From Styela clava (lineage: Eukaryota): a stretch of DNA of 64,000 bases. A program made the translations under genes and the position numbers. The stretch is from contig NC_135250.1 of NCBI RefSeq assembly GCF_964204865.1, forward strand, positions 930,001 through 994,000. The letters are read 5' to 3'. Every line of letters starts with the position of its first letter. Position 1 is the first letter of the stretch. Positions 52,354-64,000 of the stretch are shown one piece after another. The notes beneath the pieces are model-generated. The model made no database searches. It was given only the letters and a program-made list of their open reading frames with translations, and was not told the DNA's origin.

Positions 52354-55300
52354 GGTTCGGTAGTAGATAGAGAGAGAGATTTTTAGAATACCAACGATGG
52401 AAATCATAACAATTCAACAAAAAGACTTTCAAAACTGGCAACATACTGTTTGTATGAGTGTATGAAATGTGAGGAAAATGTAAGTCTCATGAGATAATAA
52501 ATTATGGTTGTGTCGTTTCAAAGTGAGTAACAATTCAGTCCACTGAAGAATTTAAGATTGTCACTGGATATTTGTAGATAGTAAAGTGGATCCGCAATTC
52601 AGCTCGACGAGTCTACAGATGTAACAAACTGTGCTCCGACGCCTATTTACGTTCGATATGTAGAAAATGGCGCCGAACAAGAGTTTTTGTTGAAGGCGGC
52701 ATTAGAAGCAACTAAAGAATATGATATATTTCAAATTGTAACTTCTTCAAGTTACATGGTTTGAAATGGGAAAATCTTAGAGTCTGGGTGTGTGCACTGA
52801 ATGGGGTGCAACTACGTCTGAACAAAAATAGTCTGGCTTTTTAGCTCATCTGATATTTTTGAACCGTATGCAATTTTTATTGCCATGCAAAATCTTTTCT
52901 GCCGAACTCGTCGACGTTACATCACTAGTGATTAAGATGATGGACAGTGTAAATGGAGTGCTCTTAACAATCTTTGTGAAAACTGCCCATCCTTGTTGAT
53001 AATGTTGATGTTAAGAATATGCTAAATAAGGGTCTTGGAAGAAAAGACCTAACAGTGTGTGAGTTCGTAGATTAAGTCAAAGCATTTCTAGCATTTCTCA
53101 GTTTTGCGAAGGGAAAATATTAGGACCGTCTTACGTTTAGTACTGTAACAGTACTGTAAATTTCGGTGCCACAATCCCCAATTTGAGACCACAAGATTCA
53201 CTGAACATCTTATGAAGTTGGAAAAAGAAGTTTAAAACTATTTTCCAAGTCCCGACTGCTCAACAAAATGATAATGCGCGGTTTTTGAACATCTAGTGCA
53301 AACTAGTTTCCAGTTGAAGCAAGAGGGTCATTATAAGGGTGACCATGTGACCACCTCTCACCCGCTAGCTGGCGTCTGTAAGAATTGCTCTTTAGCGTTG
53401 GGTTTAGTACCTTTTGATCGCTAAGTATCAAGAAGATGTTAGACGATCTCAGAAATATCTTTCAAGAAATATCCGAGATTCAAATTGAAAAATATTCGAT
53501 TTGAATATCTCTTAAGTGTTCGAAATTCGATACGAAAAATATTCGATTTGAATATCCTTCAAGTGTTCGAGATTCGATACGAAAAATATTCGATTTTATT
53601 ATCGTTCAAGTGTTCGAGATTCGAAATTCAACCAGCCTATAATATATAGCCCTTGTAATATTTTGAACATCACTGCGATATTTTCAGGATGTCAATATTT
53701 TACCAATTTCTCAAAATGTACAAAAATATCAATACTAATACATAATGCATTTTTGAAAGCAGCACGAGTGATTGTGGCGTTTTTTCCACTTTTGAAAAAA
53801 AAACCTCGGGGTATACCGAGTATAACATACCTTCTTCACGCCAACCAACAGTATCTTCAGTCTTTCTTCATTCTTGCAAATGATATTTTGAATCACGCAT
53901 GCAAATTAAAGTACAGACAACTGAACACTAAACTGACATCGCTTTCAGAGCCAGCTATGATCGGGACACAAACCAGCAAAAAATAAACAAGAACTTTTCG
54001 ATGTTGTGGTTTTCGGATCGATATCAGTATTAAAAAATAAATGAATACCAAACGCGAAAAATGTGTTTTGTAAAAAGCGTTTAATAAACGCCGGATTTGT
54101 ATATGCGTTACACAAAATGATTTATCAACGATATCAAAGATCGTTAAGTCTAGTTGGATTGCGATGTATATGTATTAATAAATACGACGTTTCGCCGGTT
54201 AAAGTTTGCTTTTTATCCGCGGCGAATCTGCCATTGTAAAATATACTTTAGGACAACAAACAGTGACGCCTGAATGCGGTGTACACAGCAGCAGAGACTC
54301 ATTTGCGTCGATCGGCAATCAGCTGATGTTGAACAAACAAACTGTTCAGATTCTAATAATTTACGGACATATACTCTATAACCCAATATGCCGCATTGTT
54401 ATTAAGAGTATGTTATAAAGCAATAACATATATTTCGGTCAAAAAGGATGACGCGCTCTGATATGTTTTACACAACTTCAATGACTGAAGATTTGTGCCA
54501 CAGGTGTTCCGAAATTCAGGTTAAATAGAAATATATATATTGTATACAAAGTTTTTCTTTACATTCTATTTCAACTCTAAGACTTGGGTTAACTGGTCGT
54601 CTCCAAATCCGCCACCCAATTCTGCACGAAGACAAATCCATTAAACATTCTATCACCTTTGGCCCTGCTCCCGAGACGTACCAACGTGGTTACAAATTTT
54701 GCTTATTAAGAAACTATATACAACTTTAACCACCAAAATACTATTTTAATCATGTTTTAGAGTAGTGTCGATACGAAATATGCCAAGTTGGAACCTTTAA
54801 CAAAGACTATTTTGGAGCCAATCATGCGTTTTATTTTACCATATGTCAAATAAATACTTTGTCGCTTTGTTTCTTGGAGGTATGGTATTAATATAACAAA
54901 TCCAATTTGGAACATAGAATGAAAAACCAAAACTATTTTCGGGCAAAATACGCGATTATTGGTCGACGTTTATTGCAAATTCGAAACATACTTTATCGAT
55001 TATTTCATTGAGCAGGATTGTGGTGTTCACATGCAAATAATATAAAATTATCGGAAAGAATAAGAAATGAACATAAATAATTTCGGGGCCAATTTAGGCG
55101 GTTTTTGTCTCTATTTGCGGAAGGTCAATAAATACTTTCTCGTTTTTTTACAGAGGCATCACACAAAACTTTTTTAAAAACCGTTTTCAGATCTATATTA
55201 AATGGGTAGTTATCAATTGCGAAAAATGTGTTTTGTTGCATACTTCTAATAATATAATGTCAAAACAAAATATTGCATTTGTATATGCTTTCTGCAAAAT

Positions 55301-58300
55301 AAGCATATTAACAACCCACATATTTGAAACGTAAATCTCATCCAAATGATGATATATAAAATAATTTTATATATTTTCTCTTTTCTATTGGAAATCTATT
55401 CACTATCGTGTATACTTTTTTGTCAAGCCGTAGTGAGTTTTGTGTGCGCTGTACACAGCAGCCGAGACTTATTGGCGTCGTATCGTGATCAGGTGATGTT
55501 TGACAAACAAACTGCGCAATCTATAAATATTCTTCTATACATCAGCGAAATTTGCACTAAAGAGTATATTTTGTAGACAGCAATCCTGAATATTCCGATC
55601 AAAATAAGATGCTGTGATATGTATATTTTACAACTACATCAGCGACATTTTGCAATAATGAGCATAGTTTGTAGTAATATTCTGGTCAAAATAATATGAT
55701 GTACTCTTTCCATGTGTTACACAACCTCAAAACTTCAACGATTTATTTCACTGATAATCCAAAAAGTTCTATCACTGTTTTCACTGGATACCACATCAAG
55801 CGTGGTTGGCTAGACATCATTTAGGTTTAGGTGGTATTTTGGTTTATTCGTCATATATATCCAATAAGAATTTTTTTTTTTTTTCAATTAGAATTTTTAC
55901 ATTTACTCCGCGACCGTACCCACACTAAGACTAATTAAACAAGAGAGCTATGCTCAAATATATGGACACGTAGCGCCACCTAATAGCAATACTTTTGAAG
56001 ACGTCATAGGAAAAAAAAAAGTGATAGCCTTCTGGAGAAAATTTTTATCTTTAACCACTGAAAATTTCAAAGCAATTGGTCCAGTAATCAAAGAGAAAAG
56101 CGACTTTTTAAAAACGTGTCAAAGAACAAGAACATAATATTGAAACGATCGTTATGTCCACTACGTGTCCAATAATAATACAATACGTATCACGCGGTAT
56201 AGCAAGGCAGACGTCGGTAAACAGTCGCGTATTTGTGATGACGTGAGTGATTAGTTGGTGGAATTAAATATTTTTATTTATGCTGTTTTAATCACAGATT
56301 TTAGGCAACCTCTCTGATTCAAGACCGTTTACGTGTTTTGCAATTCGACTGGCATTTCTCATTAGTTTTATCTGCGACTATTCGTGACTGAATGTAAAAT
56401 ATCTGTCCCAACATAATATGTCAGTCAGCGCTTCGTACAATGGTATTTTGGTGCACCTGTAGTCGAGTCAGAGATTCAGCAAAGTAACTTGCCGAGTACG
56501 AGCCATGGGAGATTGAATACATGAAATGTATTAATAATACACTTCAAACAGACTATCTCGCGCGAATCCAAGGTTATTTAATCACATTTTCGCGTTTAAT
56601 ACAACATTGGTCAAATTTCACTTTTTTTTATTATTTTCAAGACTTGTTAAAATTATTCTCGTTTTACAAATCAAATAGCGTAGTGTGCAATGACTACAAA
56701 ACAAACTGGGATTATCAGTGTCTCTAGTCTTTGAGAAGAGTGAATTTGTTGCATCGTGCCACGATCAGCTATATAACTGATAACGTTAGAACTACAATTT
56801 TATCTCGACTTGAGTATTCTTCGTAGCTCGTTGTAAACACATTCGAAAACTTTGCACTAGCTACCTCATATAATAAATTTAAACACGATTCTTGTATGTC
56901 ATGCATCGCAAATTAAATTTTCACAATAGTAAACGTATATCGATTGCAATATATAGTAGGCATAAAGTAATTCATCACACCAAGCAAAAATTAATTCCAA
57001 CATCATTCTACAAACACATCGTATACAATTTTATACTTCACGTTGCAAAGAACCTGAGTCTTTTAAATTTCTACAAGAAGCAATTTAAAAAGACAAGAAT
57101 ATAGACTGTTGGTGTAATCGGCCTCAGAATACTCATCTAACAAAGTTTTCATTTAAAATCGATGAATCAACCGCTATTTTATTTTCGAAATATTTCAATA
57201 AATATTTCACTTTCAGATCCTAACCATTTGCTCTTTCAATATATGTATACTGACTAACAGGTTACTAACTAATATTTAACAGCATTCACACCCTAAAATA
57301 TTTAAGTTCAACTTAGTCTTAATATAGGCAGCTTAGTTTAACATAAATCTACTAAAATAATAAGTCGACAAATTGTATTCATAAGCGTATTGAACTTTGT
57401 GACAATATATTATTGAGTGAGAAATATGTAAGTTTAACCCACTGTTAATTATAAACAGCTTAGTATAAGAAGATACTTTTTTTTCTACTCTACCAAAGAC
57501 TACTTTGGTCCCAATAACCCAATCAAGATAAATATCACTATAGTTAAATGCTCAGGGCTGTGGAGTTTTCGCAAATGCCTTTGACTCAGACTCCAGTTTC
57601 CAATTCTACGCATTTATCCCACTTCACCCAGAGTGTAATAAATGGGTTAAGCATTGCCGAATCGAAAGATCCTGGTCCTTTTGACAAACGTATTACTTTA
57701 CACACCGCTGTATATCAACAACGGCATGTACAGGGCACAGTATTTAGCGAAATGCGCAAAATGAGCGTCGTTTAAAAAATATGTATAGTCTGCCACAACC
57801 GCGTCAGCGGGGCTTTGTGGCTCCGAACCAAAAATTCACCTAAATTTGTAGCTGTAGCGGACACATGTACAGGTCTTGTTTAGGACGAAATGCTTTAATG
57901 AGAGTATTCCACAGCGCCTTATTCGGAGCGAAATGCGCGAAACAGCATTGTGTAAAACAAGCTACTGGTACGTTTCCATTGCGTGTTCAATTATGCAAAA
58001 TGATAGACATTGATAACAGGGGTGAGTCTAGAGGGGAATGATCATAGGGAGAGCCGCCCAGGCAGAAGTTATAGCGGTGAGTTTGTTGCTTAGTTTGATG
58101 ATTAATACGAAGATTTCACTATTGCTTGATCTTTAGTTTATTTATTCTGATGTATAACAACATATATAATTTTTTTTATCCCCCTAAATATTTTTTCTTT
58201 ATGAAGTTAGGTATAAAAGACATCATTATCAGAAACTCTCCTCAAAATTACTGATTTCTATTCTTAGTGCAATCGTCGGTAGGGCTGAGATGAATACCGA

Positions 58301-61300
58301 TCACCTTCTGTATTATATCTTGTAGGGTTCATTTCAGTACAATATTGGATTGGAATGTGCAAATAGATTGTATTTCAGCATTCACACGCGCTAATTCATT
58401 ACAAAATATATAATCAATAATGAATGGATATTTGAAAATATGCTGGTTTAACTTGTAGTCTTAGAAATGAAAAAAGTTTTTTGAATGGAGTTTTTGGATC
58501 AGAAAGAACTCTTGCAATGGACGTTATCTGAAATCTGCATTTTATGGAATTTGCACTACTTTTATAGCGAAATCATGTTACTCCCTCGGCAACGCTTATT
58601 GATAAGCTGATGCAGACAATCTAATTAGTTGTTCAAAGTATCGTGGATTCTTCAACGAATATTAGGCCAACTTCGGGGCGAGACGGCAATTACGTGTTTT
58701 GTAAATTACGCAATTCGTAGACAGCAATCGAATGATCGGCCGATGACGTGGCATAATAGTCTCCAGCCAGCCATTTCGCTCAGAAATAAACGAGAGAATA
58801 AAGGGGAATATGCGACTTCTGCAACGTGCGTATTTTGCAACCTGAGGTAATAGAGAGAACGTGAGAGTGTAGAGGAAAGAAAGAAAAAATGAAGTCTGGG
58901 TCGAAGTAATTTAACTCCAGGAACGCCTTCATTTGCTCTAGCCCCACAGCCTGCAAAATATTGCGAAACTTCGACTATTAAATACTAAATGTATGCCCGT
59001 AGCACCAAGTCAAACTACATCAACTGTTAAACCTATAAAATAATTACAAGCCAGCTGAATTATTCATGCAAATCACAATATAAAAATAATTTAAATTCAC
59101 TCACCAAATATCTTCGTTCTTCCCTAGCGTAAAACCTAACTGACAACTTCGACTCGCAAAAACTTATTTTAAAGACTCACTTTCTACTTTATTTTCCTTT
59201 TCCTAACGAAGTAATGGTGCCGTGATTGACAGAACAGAATATTTTTCATAGACAAAAAATATTCTGATATTTACCAATCAAACATACATTCCAAATTTCA
59301 TGTTGCTTTTGTTTTATCGATGTAATACAATGTACCGCACACGCAATAAACGAGTACAAATATATATTGCGGATATATACATACTAACATAGTATTATAT
59401 ATCATATAATATATATTTGGTAAGAGTATGGCTGTAATTTCTGTTGTATTTTCCGAATCCGAGATTGCACTTAGGTACAATGAAACCCACCGAGAGTTGT
59501 GTGTAATGTAATTTGTTTTGTCAATGTAATGCAACAGACTGCATACACGATGAAAAAGAATACAAATATATATTGTGGATATATATTTTGTAATAGTACG
59601 ACTGTTATTTCTAGTGCATTTTCCAAATCCAAGATTGCACTTGGGTGGAATAAAACTCCCTGTGGAATCTATTTATGGAATTTAGATAATTCGACAGCTC
59701 AACAATAAGATTTGCTAATACTCACATTTAACGTGGATATTAAAAATATAACAAACTCACTCGTTTTACCATTTATCCACTAAGTGGATCTCATCTTACT
59801 CTGGGAAGCAAACCGCTGCTTTCTGAAACACGAACCTCAGCATATTATGCGACAACTTGTGTTGCTCATCATTGCACAAGATTTATTGCATAACATAGTT
59901 ACGCTGTATTTTCTTAACCCTTTATCAACTATGTATTGATTCAGAACGCACAGAAAAAGAAACAACAAGCGTCGGTGGGACTGAAAGGGTTTGTTTACCC
60001 ACCCCGTTCATATGACCTGTAATTAATTAACTCCGTATCATTCAGTGGTTGTAATATAAAACAATAAGGTTAAATATTCAAAATATTCGGGTAAATCACG
60101 ACAATATTTTTAAAAGATGTTTTAGGACAAAATGAAATACCGAACAATTTTTGAAAACCGTTTTTCAATTGTTAAAAAGTTGCAAACAATGCTTTACCTT
60201 CTCTACTTAATTAATCAAATTCAGCGACAACCTTAGAATCTCGAGGATGCGCTGGATCACAACGTCGACTGCGCCCAACGGCTAAAAGTTGTATTAAATG
60301 TTCAGCAGTAATATTAGCCATCAAATGTACTCCCTAATAAGCAAGTTTTTCGCGTATGTTAGCCTTCAGATTTTTAAGAGCGCCTCGTAAATCTAATGCT
60401 CAATGAGTTTCTGCCATCAACGAAAATTTAAAATCCCGACGCCGACCATATCAGAATATCGACGCCGATGAAAATACCAATTCAGCTCCGGTGAAAATAT
60501 GCCAAACTTCGATTCCACGTGGCTGGTTATGGCGATCAAAAGGCAATTCAGCCACATAATCGCTTCAAAAAATAATTAAGCTTCGAACAAAGTGTGGCCT
60601 GGCGTTAAAAAATGTTGTTTGAGGCATAGGCTCTCGAAGTGCTCCGCACGGAGCCCCAGGGCTCTATGTGAGAGACCTAGGGGCTTCACGGTCTATTCGT
60701 TTACTTATTAAAATACTGACTCGTTGATTTTGTAGCTGTCAAAAGAAGAATTCACCGCATTAATGAGATTTGAAAACAGTAGCGTCGAAATGCAGCAACA
60801 AGGTGATAATTCAAATATGACATTATTTATAAGTTCCAAGATATAATTTCTATAAATTAATTGTGGGGTCTGTAAATAACAGTCAACCTCATCGCGGGCT
60901 TCATAGCAGCAAAAGTTTGAGAACGCATAGATTATGCCGCCCCATTTTTTTCTTCGTGTAATGGGTTTCTTATAGCCAAGCTGTATTCTGCATAGTTTTC
61001 TCTGTTACATATAACACGAGTTACATTCACTTTTTTCTGGTTAGTGTCTGACAACAAAATAACAAATGTTAGCGGGACTAATACGATTTATGTGCTTATA
61101 CCGTTCATATGCACTAGCAATAATTAAACAAGCATCATCTAGCTGAAATAATAAAAAAATGATGTTGTATATTCTAAATCCTTCGGATAAATATGACATG
61201 ATTTTTATATAATATAAAGAGAAATGACATTTTATGGAAAATTCGCACTTATTCGCATTTCCAAGGTGAAATGAAAGTTTGCTATAAACAATGCATGGGT

Positions 61301-62497
61301 CATGGGACGACACCGTCGCAAATCATACATTCCACAACTAAAATTGAACTTTTCCTCAAATTGACTCGATGCTATTATGACACCACCGTAATTCGCATTG
61401 GTTCTTTTAAAGTTTAACTCATCCCATGCAGCGGTGATTATTTTTTCGTCATATTGCGTTTTTTCCAGACCACCTATGAAAGTTCAGATTGCCTAGGCCA
61501 GAGGTGTGCAACTTTTAGCACTGGAGTGTCAGATACAAGTAACTGGGTGAAGCCGCAGCAAGCCCAACTTTTTTTGGTATTGATCTTACCGCAATGTTAG
61601 TGTCATTGCAGAAATGTTGAATTAAAACGCATAAATTTCTAAAGAAAACTGCTATTCAAATTTATTGTCACCTCGACTTCGAAAAAATTAATTGAGAAAC
61701 ACGTCTTTATAACATTGTGTATTTTTCAACAGGATTTAGCCAGCTAGTATTACAGTGGCCTTCAGGGACTGGTATAGGCTTTGCGACGAAAAGAGATTGG
61801 AATTGCTCGCACGTACCAGATTAACTAAACTAATATCTCGTGTCGCGGGTACACCATTTAAAACTGGTACTTCTCCACGGGCCGCACAATTTTTCCTTTC
61901 GGGCCGCAGTTTGTACACACATGGTTTAGGTAATTATCCCAATTTCGATAATTTGAGTATTAGTTACAAATGTTCTACCCATGTACAGGTAATATTTTTC
62001 TCCGAGTTGTTGTTTTGGTCTGTCTTGACAATGGCGCTATGATGGGATATCGTTAGGCCAGTACTAGACTGTTCTTGCTTTATTCCGCAATAAGGTATAA
62101 AATGGCGATTAACCAGATAATGGTCAAAGCATTGAGCGTAATCCTACTAAAGGTACGAATGGTAGTCGCTCTCCCCATACGGCTTAAGTCTAATGTCAGA
62201 ATTTGTTTGATTTTGCTACAATGCCTGTAAATTCTGCAACTGCTAACACCAGATAAGCTGCATTTACTTTTTTTCAAGTCAAGCGTATGTAACCTTCCTT
62301 TTCTCAGAAAATTGCTAAGCAGCCCGCGACAATGACTACACTAGAAATAATTAGATATCGATATTTCGCTAACACTAATCAGTTAAAATTTCCAGCACTG
62401 CCATTGAAAATTTCACTTCCTGGCATACTGAGATATCGGTATTAAAATAGCCGATTAGAATAATACATTACGTATATTAGACTACATTAGAATATTT

Positions 62498-62716
62498 GGC
62501 GCTCCCGTAGAATGTGAACCAAGATGGCGGATACCTGGACATAGTTAGTGTGTGTACCAGGTTAGGGTTAGGCCATAATTTTATTCCAATTTTATTTATT
62601 TTAGCCCTATAACGAGATCGGGGACTAGCCAAATGACTCCAGTATATTTGTATCTAAAATTATAGTATACTGCGTTCCGGTATCCGCCACCTTGGTTCAC
62701 ATACTACGGGAGTACC
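62498..62716. mobile_element. GG-terminal MITE with 8-bp TSD (Merlin-like); relatives at ~17720-18010, ~21330-21470, ~22140-22250, ~28771-29293
   Basis: ~38-bp TIR ggcgctcccgtagaatgtgaaccaagatggcggatacc / ggtatccgccaccttggttcacatactacgggagtacc, TSD gaatattt on both sides. The site is empty in copy A (~19940). Confidence 0.85.
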
Positions 62717-64000
62717 GAATATTTTAATGAAATTGCAGATTCGATACCGGTAATGCCAGCATGTTGGACTAGACACCATCCGCCATACTCAATCACTTAT
62801 TGTCCTTATCAAAAGTATTTAAATATCATTGACGTAATATGTTTATTAAACTCTTCAGAATTGTTTGTTCTACCTTTTTATATTCTCAATAACGTCACCG
62901 GGACTCAACGTACTTTACGATATCTTACAAGATACAGCTGGGCAGTCACAATATGATTCAATACTTCTGGAACTCCCTTATTTCAAAGTTAGTTCCAATT
63001 TAAGTTTTCTGATTTTGCGAATGAACTTACTTTCCTGATGATTATATTGCAAGTTCCCTGGTACAAAACACTGTTCGCGATATCCGTCGGAATGTCAACC
63101 AATTTATGTAGCTTTAAACATACCCAAGTACAAACATACAAAAAGACTTGCAACCTACACCATCCAATAAAACAATTCTATTTCTTATGTATTATATTAT
63201 TGCACATATTTATTTTGGTAAAAATTCATTAATTTCCTAGTTACTTCTACGAAAATACAGAAAGTTAAATTTAAAATGACCTGAGTTTGGGTCACTATGT
63301 TGTAATTACTGTTGATGTGGCTGTTCCAATAAAGACGGTAATTACACGAATCAAATATATAAGAATCAGATAAAATATAACAGAATGTGATGAAAAGTAC
63401 AAAGTGAGGTCGATTTACAAAATATATAAATAAAATAAGACAAAAATGGAACTGAGGAATAATATAAGAATGGGTAAATAAATGCAGTAACATTAGCAAA
63501 TAAAACATCGATTTTACTAGTATGAGGTCGGAGCCGTCGTGTGGGCACAAAGCGCAATGACTTAGTACACGGGTCGACAACATTAAGCAACCCCATAAAT
63601 TATTTATTACTACGAAGTGCGAATTGACAGACTTGCGACCAGTGTTCCTTCCAAGAAAATGTTACACTGAGCAAATGTTGGAGTTACTGAGCAGGAATAT
63701 TTTAAGGCTGGGCAGAGTCTGCAACAGTATAATATAATATCAGAATTCGAACAAAGTAGGCTACACATTTAACTCGAAAAGACGGAATAAGCATTCTAGC
63801 TGGGCGTTAGAAAATATAAAAAGCCATGATTTAAAAACGTAATGTTGCAATTGCAAAAGAATGTGATTTTACTGCGCACATCGTCTGTTGGTACTGCGCA
63901 ATGGTGCAGTTGCGCACCGTAGAGGGAACCTTGCCTGCGACCCATTTTTATCGCTCTCGACTTATACTCTGGAACCGCTGTGATGCGTAATCTGCGAGAA

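Larger units (their letters stand above)
45630..64000 (+). repeat. Segmental duplication, copy B
   Basis: Colinear with 1-23110, with copy-specific indels: B lacks A 2840-3968, 8166-9089 and 14263-14630, and has extra MITEs at 52034-52353, 61498-61924 and 62498-62716. Confidence 0.95.

Overview
AT-rich, intron-rich animal genomic DNA. The repeat landscape and NLR style suggest an invertebrate chordate, probably an ascidian; this is inference, not a database result. The window is dominated by a large direct segmental duplication (copy A 1-~23100, copy B ~45630-64000, running off both window ends). Each copy carries a minus-strand, multi-exon NACHT/LRR (NLR-like) gene. My exon reconstruction finds no CARD, death or pyrin domain. 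Instead the N-terminus is built from a split start (ATG-G|intron) plus a 12-nt microexon, giving MGNFFVRRRLIKK (copy A) or MGDLFVRHLKRE (copy B). Three short symmetric exons are inserted between the NACHT winged-helix region and the following helical region. Copy A looks disabled (1-bp frameshift, GT>CT donor, degenerate extra LRR exon). Copy B is open through exon 9. Downstream of copy B is a ~1.08-kb tandem array whose units are near-identical except for a hypervariable 12-nt microexon with perfect splice sites, followed by probable terminal LRR-like exons. Between the copies lie a 3'-truncated PDIA3/ERp57 gene (exons 1-3, ERSE-like upstream element) joined to a deleted Gypsy LTR retrotransposon (gag knuckle, TTTAAAC frameshift site, protease, RT start, LTR), a degenerate ISL2EU-type transposon (THAP plus YqaJ nuclease, TIRs, AT TSD), a tRNA-derived SINE and many hAT remnants and MITEs. 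Identities are estimates by eye.
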